Assembly: GCF_001564455.1 (NCBI RefSeq)
Contig: NZ_CP011391.1
Span: forward strand, 1,440,001 to 1,472,000
Length of the DNA stretch: 32,000 bases
Reading direction: 5' to 3'
Source of the DNA: Faecalibaculum rodentium
GTDB lineage: Bacteria > Bacillota_I > Bacilli_A > Erysipelotrichales > Erysipelotrichaceae
In this document: positions 16,949-25,295 of the stretch, piece after piece
Numbering within the stretch: the first letter of the stretch is position 1
Layout: every line of letters begins with the position of its first letter
Made by a program: the position numbers and the translations under genes
The notes under the pieces: model-generated
The model's database searches: none
The model's input: the letters and a program-made list of their open reading frames with translations, nothing else
Told to the model about the DNA's origin: nothing

Positions 16949-17748
16949 TTTCCTGTTTCCTCCAGTTGTATCAATGCTTCCTGCAGCTGCATGGCATTGG
17001 GCGCCTTGCCATGCCAGCCGGCCTGGTTTTCCATAAATGACACGCCTTTGCCCTTCACCGTGTGACAGAGAATGGCCGTCGGCCGGCTGTCAGCTTCGGC
17101 TTCCAGCACTGCCTGTTCAATCTGTGCAAAGTCGTGACCGTCGATTTCAAGGACCTGCCAGCCAAATGCCTGCAGTGCTTTGCCATACTGGTTGTCCCCG
17201 CCGATTTCGCTGACAGCCCCCGCGATCTGAAGACCGTTGAGGTCAACGAACAGCGTCAGATTGCCCAGGCTGAATTTCCCTGCTGCCATGGCCGCTTCCC
17301 AGATCTGGCCTTCCTCCAGTTCTCCGTCACCGCAGACACACCAGACCCGGCGCTCAGAACCCTTGTATCGGTCTGCCCAGGCCATGCCCACAGCCGCCGA
17401 GAGTCCCTGCCCCAGGGAGCCTGTGCTCATATCCACATCCGGCAGGTCTTCCATGTTGGGATGTCCCTGTAAAGGAGAACCAAGCCGGCGCAGAGTCAGC
17501 ATCTCATCCCGGGTGATCCTGTCATGCACAGCCAGCTGTGCATAGAGTGCCGGCGCTGCATGTCCTTTGGAGAGCACGAGACGGTCGCGGTCAGGCCGTT
17601 TCAGGTCAATGCGGCTGTCATACAGCCAGGTCAGGATATCCGTGCAGGAAAGTGAACCGCCAGGATGTCCGGACCCGGCTGCCGCCACCATTTCCACAAT
17701 GTTTCTGCGCGCCTGCCGGCTGTGCGAGTCCAGAAGATGCATATTCAT
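16945..17748 (-). CDS. transketolase, N-terminal (TPP-binding) subunit
   Basis: 267 aa. Motifs GSGHPGGSLS, LSKGHAAPALYA, GSLGQGLSAAVGMA and GDGELEEGQIWEA. Confidence 0.9.
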   Translation of the reverse strand: MNMHLLDSHSRQARRNIVEMVAAAGSGHPGGSLSCTDILTWLYDSRIDLKRPDRDRLVLSKGHAAPALYAQLAVHDRITRDEMLTLRRLGSPLQGHPNMEDLPDVDMSTGSLGQGLSAAVGMAWADRYKGSERRVWCVCGDGELEEGQIWEAAMAAGKFSLGNLTLFVDLNGLQIAGAVSEIGGDNQYGKALQAFGWQVLEIDGHDFAQIEQAVLEAEADSRPTAILCHTVKGKGVSFMENQAGWHGKAPNAMQLQEALIQLEETGK

Positions 17749-17789
17749 GTTTTCGATTCTCCTTTTCGTTTATTTCCGTTTACACCCAG

Positions 17790-17818
17790 AATATACCAAT
17801 ATACGAAAATTCACGCAA
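17790..17818 (-). promoter_or_regulatory. promoter of the split-transketolase genes
   Basis: On the minus strand: TTGCGT (17818..17813), a 17-nt spacer, then TATATT (17795..17790). Confidence 0.5.
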
Positions 17819-17841
17819 TACTGTTTTGCCTATTTTTTCGT

Positions 17842-17871
17842 TTTCGGAGAAAAAGAAAAGAGGGCTCAGCT
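17842..17871 (-). terminator. terminator after the DeoR gene
   Basis: Minus-strand hairpin AGAGAGC-TGA-GCCCTCT (17871..17855) followed by TTTCTTTTTCTCC. It overlaps the DeoR stop codon. Confidence 0.6.
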
Positions 17872-18624
17872 CTCTTCCAGAACGATGAAGTTGTCCGGGA
17901 TATCAGGTCCGGCTGCGTCCGTCACGATCCCGTCAAACGCATTGAGGTCCGCAAAACTGCAGAACCCCTTGACATGCTGCTTTGCTCCATTGATGAACAG
18001 AAACGATTTCTCCGCCAGCTCCATGGCCTTTTTCTTTACTTCTGCGGTCTCCAGCTCGGCCGTATAGGCTTTCCGCCGGTTCAGGTCGATACCCGCACAG
18101 CTCAGGAACGCATACTGGAAATTGAAGGATTCCAGCTGCGCCAGGGCAATAGGCCCCAGATTCATCTTGTACTGCGGACTGTAGCTGCCTCCGATGACAA
18201 ACAGCTCTCCGTTGTCTTCCCGAAAGGAATCCACCACGATCTGACTGTGTGTAACGATCCGGATCCGCTTCCCCTTTAAATACGGGAGGATCGTGGCAAA
18301 GGTGGTCCCTCCGTCGATGAAAATACAGTCGTCTTCCTGCACCAGAGAGGCCGCATAGCGGCACAGCCGGTCCTTTTCCTGTTCGCCAACATTCTGCCTG
18401 TCATCCATGGCTTTCTCCAGGGACCGTGTCAGGATCCCCTGTGTCTGCCGGCTTTTGGCTCCGCCATGGACCCGGATGATCCGGCCCTGTTTCTCCAGTT
18501 CCCGGCAGTCGGCCCGGATGGTCGGTTCGCTGACCTGCAGCAAAGCCGCCAGATCCTTCGTGGAGACATAGCCTTTGTCATTGGTCATCGTTTCAATACG
18601 GTCAAGCCGTTCTTCTGCCATCAT
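17866..18624 (-). CDS. DeoR family transcriptional regulator
   Basis: 252 aa. It has an N-terminal HTH (VSTKDLAALLQVSEPTIRADCRELEKQGRIIRVHGGA) and a DeoR C-terminal sugar-phosphate sensor fold. SD AGGAGG lies 6 nt upstream. Confidence 0.9.
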   Translation of the reverse strand: MMAEERLDRIETMTNDKGYVSTKDLAALLQVSEPTIRADCRELEKQGRIIRVHGGAKSRQTQGILTRSLEKAMDDRQNVGEQEKDRLCRYAASLVQEDDCIFIDGGTTFATILPYLKGKRIRIVTHSQIVVDSFREDNGELFVIGGSYSPQYKMNLGPIALAQLESFNFQYAFLSCAGIDLNRRKAYTAELETAEVKKKAMELAEKSFLFINGAKQHVKGFCSFADLNAFDGIVTDAAGPDIPDNFIVLEES

Positions 18625-18794
18625 ACTGTTCCTCCTGTAGCTGATCTGCTGTATTCTCCGGACGGCTCCCGGTCACAAACATTTCGCAGACCAGCTTGTC
18701 TGTCCAGAGTTCATTGTATCGTGACTGACGGCAGTGTCCATCCCAAACGAAAATCTGCGAAAACCGGCAGCGTTCAGAACCACAGCAGAACAGA

Positions 18795-18827
18795 GGCTGC
18801 GTGCTGACCGTCGTCAGGACTGCAGCC
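18795..18827 (-). terminator. candidate terminator after the PTS-epimerase operon
   Basis: Minus-strand extended hairpin GGCTGCAGTCCTGAC-GACG-GTCAGCACGCAGCC, followed by TCTGTTCTGCTGTG. The U-tract is weak. Confidence 0.4.
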
Positions 18828-18919
18828 TCATGCAGGAGTTCGATGGCATGGACCGTGCTGTGACTATGCAACAGTGTCCATATACAGGAGAGATTCAGGG
18901 TAAGAGGTGGCGCAGCGGA

Positions 18920-19651
18920 TCATTTCCCGGATACGCCGGCAGACTGCGGATTGCCCGCTGTCTGCCCGTAATAGGCATGAGGACCATGCTTTCTCTGGAA
19001 ATGTTTCTCCAGCAGCACTTCGGGTGCCGGCGGTGTCTTTGCGTTCAGCTGATAGGTGATCGCGGCCATTTTCGCCGCTTCCTCCAGGACTGCGGCATGA
19101 TACACCGCCTGGACTGCATCTTTGCCCCATGTGAAGGGACCATGGTTTTTCACCAGCACCGCCGGGGTATGCTCCATGCAGATGCCGCGGCTGGCAAACG
19201 TGTCCACGATCACCTCTCCGGTATGCCGTTCATAGGCACTCTGGATCTCTTCCGCTGCCATGTCTCTGGTGCAGGGAACCGGGCCGTGGAAGTAATCTGC
19301 ATGAGTGGTTCCCAGCGGCGGCAGATCCCGCCCGGCCTGGGCAAAGGCCACAGCCCAGGGAGAATGCGTATGCACGATACCCCCAATGTCCGGGTCGGCC
19401 GCATACAGCGCCAGATGCGTCGGCAGATCTGAACTGGGCCGCAGGGTTCCTTCCACCACATTGCCCTTCAGATCTGTTACGACCATATCCTCCGGCTGCA
19501 TCGTTTCATAGGGAATACCGCTTGGCTTGATCACCACCAGGCCGGTTTCCCTGTCAATGGCGGAGACATTGCCCCAGGTGAAGAGGACCAGTCCCAGTTC
19601 CTTCAGCCGCAGGTTCTCCTTCCAGACCGTCTGTTTCAGTTTCTCAAGCAT
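18920..19651 (-). CDS. araD: L-ribulose-5-phosphate 4-epimerase (AraD/UlaF/SgbE family, class II aldolase fold)
   Basis: 243 aa, collinear with E. coli AraD from memory. Shared motifs: TWGNVSAIDRE, IKPSGIPYETM, PSSDLPTHLALY, GGIVHTHSPWA, GTTHADYFHGPVPCTR and KHGPHAYYGQ. Confidence 0.9.
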   Translation of the reverse strand: MLEKLKQTVWKENLRLKELGLVLFTWGNVSAIDRETGLVVIKPSGIPYETMQPEDMVVTDLKGNVVEGTLRPSSDLPTHLALYAADPDIGGIVHTHSPWAVAFAQAGRDLPPLGTTHADYFHGPVPCTRDMAAEEIQSAYERHTGEVIVDTFASRGICMEHTPAVLVKNHGPFTWGKDAVQAVYHAAVLEEAAKMAAITYQLNAKTPPAPEVLLEKHFQRKHGPHAYYGQTAGNPQSAGVSGK

Positions 19652-21140
19652 TCTGCAGTCCTGACTGCACTTCCGTTTCTTCCACGGTATTCTGCACTGC
19701 CTGGGCTTTGGCCCGGCGTGCTGCCCTGCGGGCTTCTCTCTGACGCTGTTTTTCGTCTTCCTGCGCCTTTTCCGCCTTTTCCTCTTCCAGGATCAGTTTG
19801 CGGTTCCAGACTGCCAGGGCAATCGTGGCCACTACCACCAGCGTTACCCAGATCCAGCCGTGGTTGACTGCCTGCACAAGGAGCCAGGGAATGGGGTTGG
19901 ATCCATAGTCAATGCTCGAAATCAGGTTGGCACCTTCCGGGATCGGGAAATGACTCGCTGCAGCCGCGCTGGTGAACAGCGGCGCAAGACTGGTGCCGAT
20001 CATGAGACCCATGCCCATGACCACCACGCCAATCACGAAGGTCCGGAAGAAATCCCCTTTGGTCACCGCCACGATCAGCGGGAACTGGAAGCAGATACCG
20101 CACAGGCCCACCAGAGGCAGGAATTCGTTGCCGGGAAGAATCACAGCCAGCAGCAGTGTGACAGGAACCATGATCACGGACATGGCCAGAACCACCGGAT
20201 GCCCGATTCCAGCTGCGCAGTCCAGCCCGATATACACCTTCCGGCCGGCGAATCTCTTCTGGATGATGGACTGGATGCCCTCGGACACCGGAATGATGCC
20301 TTCCATCAGAATGGCAGCCATTTTCGGGGTGATGACCAGAACCGCCGAAACCGTGACACCCATGACCAGGATCTGTGCGACTTTGTCCGAGGTGGTCAGA
20401 TCCGGCATGAACGCGAATCCGGCAACGCCCAGCAGCAGGCCGACAATGAGACCCAGAATGGCGGGATCCCCGAACAGGCCCATCTTTTTGTTGATGGCCT
20501 GCTCATCCAGATGGATTTTATTCAGACCCGGTACCTTGTCCATGGCTTTGTCCATGACCCAGGCAATGGGCACGAAGGAAGCAGCCAGACCATGCGGGAA
20601 GGTCACGCCAGGCAGTCCCAGCACTTCTTCAGTTGCCTTGGCCATGCGGTCGGCAATCACCATGATCACCACCATATTCACCGAAGCCAGGATCAGGGAC
20701 AGCACCATGTTCTGCGTCAGGGCATAGACGATGGAACCGGAGAAGGCGAAGTGCCAGAAATCCCAGATGTCCACATCCACGGTCTTTGTCGTCTTGGTCA
20801 GCAGCATGATCACATTGATCAGGATTCCCAGGGGGATCATCGTCACACCCACGGCTGTGCCGAAGGCAATGGCTGATGCACTGGGCCATCCCACGTCAAT
20901 GACCGTCAGGTTCAGGCCGAACAGCTCGACCATGTTGTTGACAGCCGGCTGCACCACATCTGTCAGGATGGTCACTGTCGCATTCAGGCCAATGAAGCCG
21001 ATGCCTACCAGCAGGCCGCCCTTCAGGGCCCGCAGAAACGGCACCCGGATGCACAGGCCAACGATCAGCATGATGATGGGCATCATGACCGTGGGGCCAA
21101 GATCGATGATGAACTGAATTGCATTGGTTACGACAGACAT
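19644..21140 (-). CDS. PTS galactitol-family EIIC permease
   Basis: Starts MSVVTNAIQFIIDLGPTVMMPII at the ATG at 21140, with SD GGGAGA. It is GatC-like (NLTVIDVGWP, DVDIWDFWHF, GVTFPHG). The upstream 64 codons of the track ORF overlap the EIIA gene and are not credited. The C-terminus is a charged tail (EEEKAEKAQEDEKQRQREARRAARRAKA). Confidence 0.9.
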   Translation of the reverse strand: MSVVTNAIQFIIDLGPTVMMPIIMLIVGLCIRVPFLRALKGGLLVGIGFIGLNATVTILTDVVQPAVNNMVELFGLNLTVIDVGWPSASAIAFGTAVGVTMIPLGILINVIMLLTKTTKTVDVDIWDFWHFAFSGSIVYALTQNMVLSLILASVNMVVIMVIADRMAKATEEVLGLPGVTFPHGLAASFVPIAWVMDKAMDKVPGLNKIHLDEQAINKKMGLFGDPAILGLIVGLLLGVAGFAFMPDLTTSDKVAQILVMGVTVSAVLVITPKMAAILMEGIIPVSEGIQSIIQKRFAGRKVYIGLDCAAGIGHPVVLAMSVIMVPVTLLLAVILPGNEFLPLVGLCGICFQFPLIVAVTKGDFFRTFVIGVVVMGMGLMIGTSLAPLFTSAAAASHFPIPEGANLISSIDYGSNPIPWLLVQAVNHGWIWVTLVVVATIALAVWNRKLILEEEKAEKAQEDEKQRQREARRAARRAKAQAVQNTVEETEVQSGLQNA

Positions 21141-21598
21141 GTGGTTTCTCCCTTCACACAGTGGTCCAGAAGATCGGCAATCACTTCCGGATCGGTTTCC
21201 CGGCTGAGCCGGTCCATAAGCTCTCCATCGCCGAAACGGGCCATGAGCCCGGACAGCAGCGGCATCTGGTCTTTTTTGTCCTTGACCAGGAGCAGGAAAA
21301 TCATTTCCGCATCCACCGGATCCCCGGAGCACATCTCCTGGAACGCCAGCGGGTTTTTCGGGCGGACAAAGACCAGCCCGGGTTTTTCGATGTATTCACT
21401 GTCGGTATGCGGAATCGCCAGCTGGTGCCCCGGCACCTTCAGGCCCGTGGGAAACTCTTCTTCCCTTCGGCACACCGCTTCACGGTAGTCCTCATTGACA
21501 TAGCCGTTGTCCTTCAGCCAGCTGCCCATGGTGTGAAACAAGTCATCGCGGCTGCTGAAGTCCGCATCCAGAAATACAAGACTGGTATCCATGATCAC
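21128..21598 (-). CDS. PTS EIIA component (mannitol/fructose-type EIIA-2 fold)
   Basis: 156 aa with a phosphorylatable His context (GHQLAIPHT). It sits between the EIIB and EIIC genes with overlapping boundaries. Confidence 0.85.
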   Translation of the reverse strand: MIMDTSLVFLDADFSSRDDLFHTMGSWLKDNGYVNEDYREAVCRREEEFPTGLKVPGHQLAIPHTDSEYIEKPGLVFVRPKNPLAFQEMCSGDPVDAEMIFLLLVKDKKDQMPLLSGLMARFGDGELMDRLSRETDPEVIADLLDHCVKGETTCLS

Positions 21599-21882
21599 AG
21601 CCCCAGGACGTCCAGGATCTCATCCACACAGTCATCCATGCCGATCTGTGTAATGAAAGGCAGTCCGAAGACAACCGGAGTCCCGTAGTTGCCCTGAACA
21701 CGGGATGTGGTCACCACCACGTCGTAGCTGCCGGCGTTCATGGGCAGGTCCGCCACCGAACACTGTCCATAGGTGACCTGGTCCTTCAGCCCTTCCTCTT
21801 CCAGTTTTGCCTGCAGTTTCTGAAGAGCCACTGTGCTGGTGCAGACACCTGCGCCGCAGGCCACAAGTATTTTCTTTTTCAT
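21595..21882 (-). CDS. PTS EIIB component (galactitol-type)
   Basis: 95 aa, MKKKILVACGAGVCTSTV, with the active-site Cys near the N-terminus. SD AAGGAGGA lies upstream. It corresponds to the last 95 codons of the 460-aa track ORF. Confidence 0.85.
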   Translation of the reverse strand: MKKKILVACGAGVCTSTVALQKLQAKLEEEGLKDQVTYGQCSVADLPMNAGSYDVVVTTSRVQGNYGTPVVFGLPFITQIGMDDCVDEILDVLGL

Positions 21883-23756
21883 AATGTATCCTCCTTGTCG
21901 AAGGCATCCTTCAGCAAATCCGGATGCCGGGTCTGTATCATGGTCCGGATCAGCGCCGGTGAAGCCAGGCGCCTGTAGAACCGGAGAAAAAATCCGTTTT
22001 CCTTTCGCAGAAATTCGTGACTGACGGCAATCATGCAGACCACCTGCACGGGACCGAATTCCCAAAGGACCGGTTCTGTGAGAATGGCCACAGCCACCGC
22101 CGGCTGTCTGACAGTGCCTTCCATGCAGTGCGGCACCGCCACCATGTTGCCGATTTCCGTGGTGCCCAGGGATTCCCGCTTCGCAAAGGATTCCCTGGCT
22201 GTTTTGTCGATCCATCCCTGCCGATACAGCTGTTCTGACAGAAAAGCCAGAATCTCTGACCGGCTGTCCAGGTTCAGGTCCGGGAAATACAGAGAGGGAT
22301 GGAACAGTGACTGCACCGGTGCGGCAAACTGTGTCTTTTTCAGATAGTCCGTGATGACCGCCATATCCCTGTCTGTCATGAGAGGCGTGATCTGCAGCCA
22401 GGGCAGCGTCACTTCCCGCGGCAGTCTGACCGTGGACAGGATCACATCGGCATCTTCCCTGGTCAGTCCCGCCGCCTGCCGGATCGTGAAGGTGCCGGTG
22501 ACATCCAGGTCCTGCCCGAAGCGCTCGCTGATCCTGGCCAGCAGCAGAAGGCTGGTTCCCATCCCGGTGGTGCATACCACAGCGGCTTTCTGCCGGGATT
22601 TGCGGCTGTTGCCTGTTCTCACCAGAGAACCTCCGATGTGCACCGCCAGAAAACCGATCTCCGTCAGCGGGAACCGGCACCCCAGCATCTCCTGAAGACC
22701 GGTCGCCGCCAACTGGGCGATTTCCATGGCATAGGGATACTGAGAGCGGATTTCCTTGAGAATGGGATTGTCGATCACCATGCCATGGTGCAGTCTGACC
22801 AGTACCACGCTGAGATGCGCCGTCAAGCCGTTCAGCAGCACGGAATCTGCCGCCAGCTGCGTTCCATAGAGTGCATCGGCATCCTTCAGTGTCGTTTTCA
22901 AAGCAGACAGAAGCATCCGGTATTCCTCTTCGTCGATGTGCAGGGCACCGGACTGTTTCTGCGCCGCAATGTGCCACGCCAGGTTTTCCGTTTCCCCCAG
23001 CGGGAATTCCAGAGACCAGATGCTGCCGGCTGTCTGTGTCATGGCGCTGGCCAGCTGCCAGAGGTCCTGCGGCACGGTATCAGTGTCTGTCAGGACGCGG
23101 CCGGAGCGGATCCGGCTCGCCGCGATCTTCAGATGCAGCAGCAGATTCTGGATCCCGTATTCATCCAGACAGGCGCCTTCTGCTTCCAGTAAATCCCGGA
23201 TCCTGTCCGAGAGCAGCTGTGAAGAAGCTTCGTCAAATCCGAAATCCGGTCTGATCTTCCCGGATCTTGTCCAGTAAATCAGGCAGTTCCGGATCTGTTC
23301 CTCCGGTCCACTCAGCCGCAGTCCTTCACTGCATCGGGTCAGAGTCAGGTGGAATGGTTTCAGTTCATTTTTCAGAACATTCAAATCGTTTTTGACAGTG
23401 GATTCGCTGATATACAGCCGGTCAGCCAGAGACTGTACCGTGGCGGTTCCGTTCATGAGAAACCACGTGGCGAGCCAGTCCACCCGCTGGGCCTGTGTGT
23501 CAGGGATCCCGGTCTGTGATTCAAACAGCGCATTCACTGCATCGCGGGAAGGAACCTCCAGGACAAACGTCCCTTTGTGAATCTTTACCGAACTGTCCGC
23601 ATCCTGCAGGAGTTCATTGAGACGGATCAGGTCTCTGCGGATCGTCTTTTCGGAAACATCCAGTGCCAGTGCCGCTGCGTCCAGCCGCATGGGTTTCGGG
23701 GAACTGTCCAGCAGTTTCCACAACCTGGCCATTCTGTTTTCCGTCTGGTTGTTCAT
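21879..23756 (-). CDS. PRD-domain transcriptional regulator (MtlR/LicR-like) with EIIB(Gat)-like and EIIA-like domains
   Basis: It has an N-terminal HTH (LDVSEKTIRRDLIRLNELL), two PRD-like regions with conserved His (LAWHIAAQ, LTAHLSVV), an EIIB-like domain (VVCTTGMGTSLLL) and an EIIA-like domain (MVAVPHCMEG). The preferred start is the ATG at 23756, preceded by AAGGAGGA. Confidence 0.85.
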   Translation of the reverse strand: MNNQTENRMARLWKLLDSSPKPMRLDAAALALDVSEKTIRRDLIRLNELLQDADSSVKIHKGTFVLEVPSRDAVNALFESQTGIPDTQAQRVDWLATWFLMNGTATVQSLADRLYISESTVKNDLNVLKNELKPFHLTLTRCSEGLRLSGPEEQIRNCLIYWTRSGKIRPDFGFDEASSQLLSDRIRDLLEAEGACLDEYGIQNLLLHLKIAASRIRSGRVLTDTDTVPQDLWQLASAMTQTAGSIWSLEFPLGETENLAWHIAAQKQSGALHIDEEEYRMLLSALKTTLKDADALYGTQLAADSVLLNGLTAHLSVVLVRLHHGMVIDNPILKEIRSQYPYAMEIAQLAATGLQEMLGCRFPLTEIGFLAVHIGGSLVRTGNSRKSRQKAAVVCTTGMGTSLLLLARISERFGQDLDVTGTFTIRQAAGLTREDADVILSTVRLPREVTLPWLQITPLMTDRDMAVITDYLKKTQFAAPVQSLFHPSLYFPDLNLDSRSEILAFLSEQLYRQGWIDKTARESFAKRESLGTTEIGNMVAVPHCMEGTVRQPAVAVAILTEPVLWEFGPVQVVCMIAVSHEFLRKENGFFLRFYRRLASPALIRTMIQTRHPDLLKDAFDKEDTL

Positions 23757-23780
23757 CTCGGTTCCTCCTTTGACACATGC

Positions 23781-23789
23781 ATTATCACA
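23781..23789 (-). promoter_or_regulatory. extended -10 promoter for the PRD regulator/PTS operon
   Basis: Minus-strand TGTGATAAT, 24 nt upstream of the ATG. No good -35, which fits an activator-dependent promoter. Confidence 0.4.
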
Positions 23790-23801
23790 GGAAATCGCTT
23801 T

Positions 23802-23825
23802 CAAAAACAGACATGATTTGTCTGT
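23802..23825 (-). terminator. second terminator-like hairpin upstream of the PTS operon promoter
   Basis: Minus-strand ACAGAC-AAATCAT-GTCTGT followed by TTTTTG. It is preceded by another hairpin, GGGACAG-TTT-CTGTCCC (23847..23831). Confidence 0.45.
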
Positions 23826-23910
23826 CTGGCGGGACAGAAACTGTCCCAGTTCCCGCTCCTGTCGATGCAGGAAATCAAGGCCGGCTTCCTGGTCTCACAG
23901 ATTCCCGGCG

Positions 23911-23942
23911 AAAAAAAAGACCATGGACTTTCTTCCATGATC
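23911..23942 (-). terminator. rho-independent terminator of the flavodoxin-HAD operon
   Basis: Minus-strand GATCATGG-AAGAAAGT-CCATGGTC (8 bp, one G.U) followed by T8 (23918..23911). Confidence 0.85.
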
Positions 23943-23992
23943 CTCTTTGTGTATTTATCTGCAGCTGGAATTATCCGGTTACTGCCTGTTTG

Positions 23993-24703
23993 TCAGTCTG
24001 GCAGCTGTCCGACCAGCTCCGGCAGCTGCATCAGCTGGCTGCAGTCTGCACCATCCGTTCCATCCATGCGAAACCACAACGCATGCATCCCTGCATCTCT
24101 GGCACCCCTGACATCCGCTGACAGGGAATCTCCGATCATCACCACCTGGCCCGGCTTCAGATCCGGCAGAATTTCCCGCATCCTGTTCATGACATAGTCA
24201 TAAAACTGTGCTGCCGGCTTGTTCGCTCCGGCCGCTTCCGAGGTAAAGATCCCCTGCAGATACCGATCCAGCCCGGCCAGATGCAGTCTGGTTTCCTGCT
24301 GCCTCTGACGCCCGTTGCTCGCTGCATACAGAATAAACCCCTGATCAGACAGGTCTTTGAGGACCTGCGCAGCGCCGGATACTGTTTCATGGGTCGTATC
24401 CAGCGCCCCGTGAAATGCCTGTTCAAAGGCCTGCCCATCCGCATCGATCCCAAGCCTGGCAAAGATGCGGTTCCAGCGGATCTGCCAGAGCTGGCGCAGT
24501 GTCAGCTTCCCTGCCTCGATCTGCTGCCAGAAACCGGCATTCATCTCCTGAAATGTGTCAAACAAAGACCGTGACCAGGGAACGCCAGTGACCTGGCAGG
24601 CCTGCTCCATGGCTTTGCGGGCACAGGCATCAAAATCCAGCAGGGTGTCATCCACATCCAGCAGAATCACACGGATGGGCCTGCTGTCCGCTTTGTCTGT
24701 CAT
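23993..24703 (-). CDS. HAD-IA family hydrolase (YjjG-like nucleotidase type)
   Basis: Motif I is LLDVDDTLLDF. A capping helical domain follows. Motif III is NKP. Motif IV is MIGDSLSADVRGARDAGM. Confidence 0.8.
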   Translation of the reverse strand: MTDKADSRPIRVILLDVDDTLLDFDACARKAMEQACQVTGVPWSRSLFDTFQEMNAGFWQQIEAGKLTLRQLWQIRWNRIFARLGIDADGQAFEQAFHGALDTTHETVSGAAQVLKDLSDQGFILYAASNGRQRQQETRLHLAGLDRYLQGIFTSEAAGANKPAAQFYDYVMNRMREILPDLKPGQVVMIGDSLSADVRGARDAGMHALWFRMDGTDGADCSQLMQLPELVGQLPD

Positions 24704-24722
24704 TGCCCTGACAGACCGCTTT

Positions 24723-25220
24723 CTACATCAGTTCCTGGATCCAGTCGATGGCCTTGAGACTGGCATTGTCCAGCTTGTTGTGCTCGAACGCCTCGCCCTC
24801 TTCGATATCCAGCTCCGGATAATGGGTCTTGAGATCGTCCACCGAGTGCTGCATCCCTGATCCATCATTGATGACAAACGGAATGATCCGCTTGCCGATC
24901 AGCGAGCCGTCCTTCATGTGTTCATCCAGAAACGAGAAGACCGGCATCGGGGCCGTGCCGCACCAGTTGGGGAATCCCAGAATGATGGTCCGGTAGGGTT
25001 TCACATCAATGGAAGGTCCTGCCAGGGCCGGCCGGGCATCCATGTCCTTGTCCCGCTGCGCTTCCTGGACCACGATGTTGAAGTCCTTCGAATAAGGGTT
25101 CTGGGGCCGGATCTCATACAGGTCCGCACCCGTCACGCTCGCCAGGTTTCTGGCAGCATCTGCCGTGGCGGATTTTTTCGGGTCGTTGCCGGAAAAAAAG
25201 ACAACCAGTGTATCGTTCAT
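24723..25220 (-). CDS. flavodoxin-like protein
   Basis: Starts MNDTLVVFFSGNDPKKSATADAA at the ATG at 25220, with SD GAGGAA 7 nt upstream. It has a flavodoxin-like alpha/beta layout (ILGFPNWCGTAP). The longer track ORF to 25310 lacks an RBS. Confidence 0.75.
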   Translation of the reverse strand: MNDTLVVFFSGNDPKKSATADAARNLASVTGADLYEIRPQNPYSKDFNIVVQEAQRDKDMDARPALAGPSIDVKPYRTIILGFPNWCGTAPMPVFSFLDEHMKDGSLIGKRIIPFVINDGSGMQHSVDDLKTHYPELDIEEGEAFEHNKLDNASLKAIDWIQELM

Positions 25221-25295
25221 TGATTGATTCCTCGCTTTCAACACACCCATTATAGGCTTTTTCCGTCTGTGATTCACGGAAGGCAGACTCCGGCG

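Noticed and set aside
21883-22977. The upstream 365 codons of the 460-aa track ORF 21595..22977.
   Set aside because: This part overlaps the PRD regulator gene in another frame and has an unnatural composition. Only the last 95 codons, which have their own SD and an MKKKILVACGAG start, form the EIIB gene.
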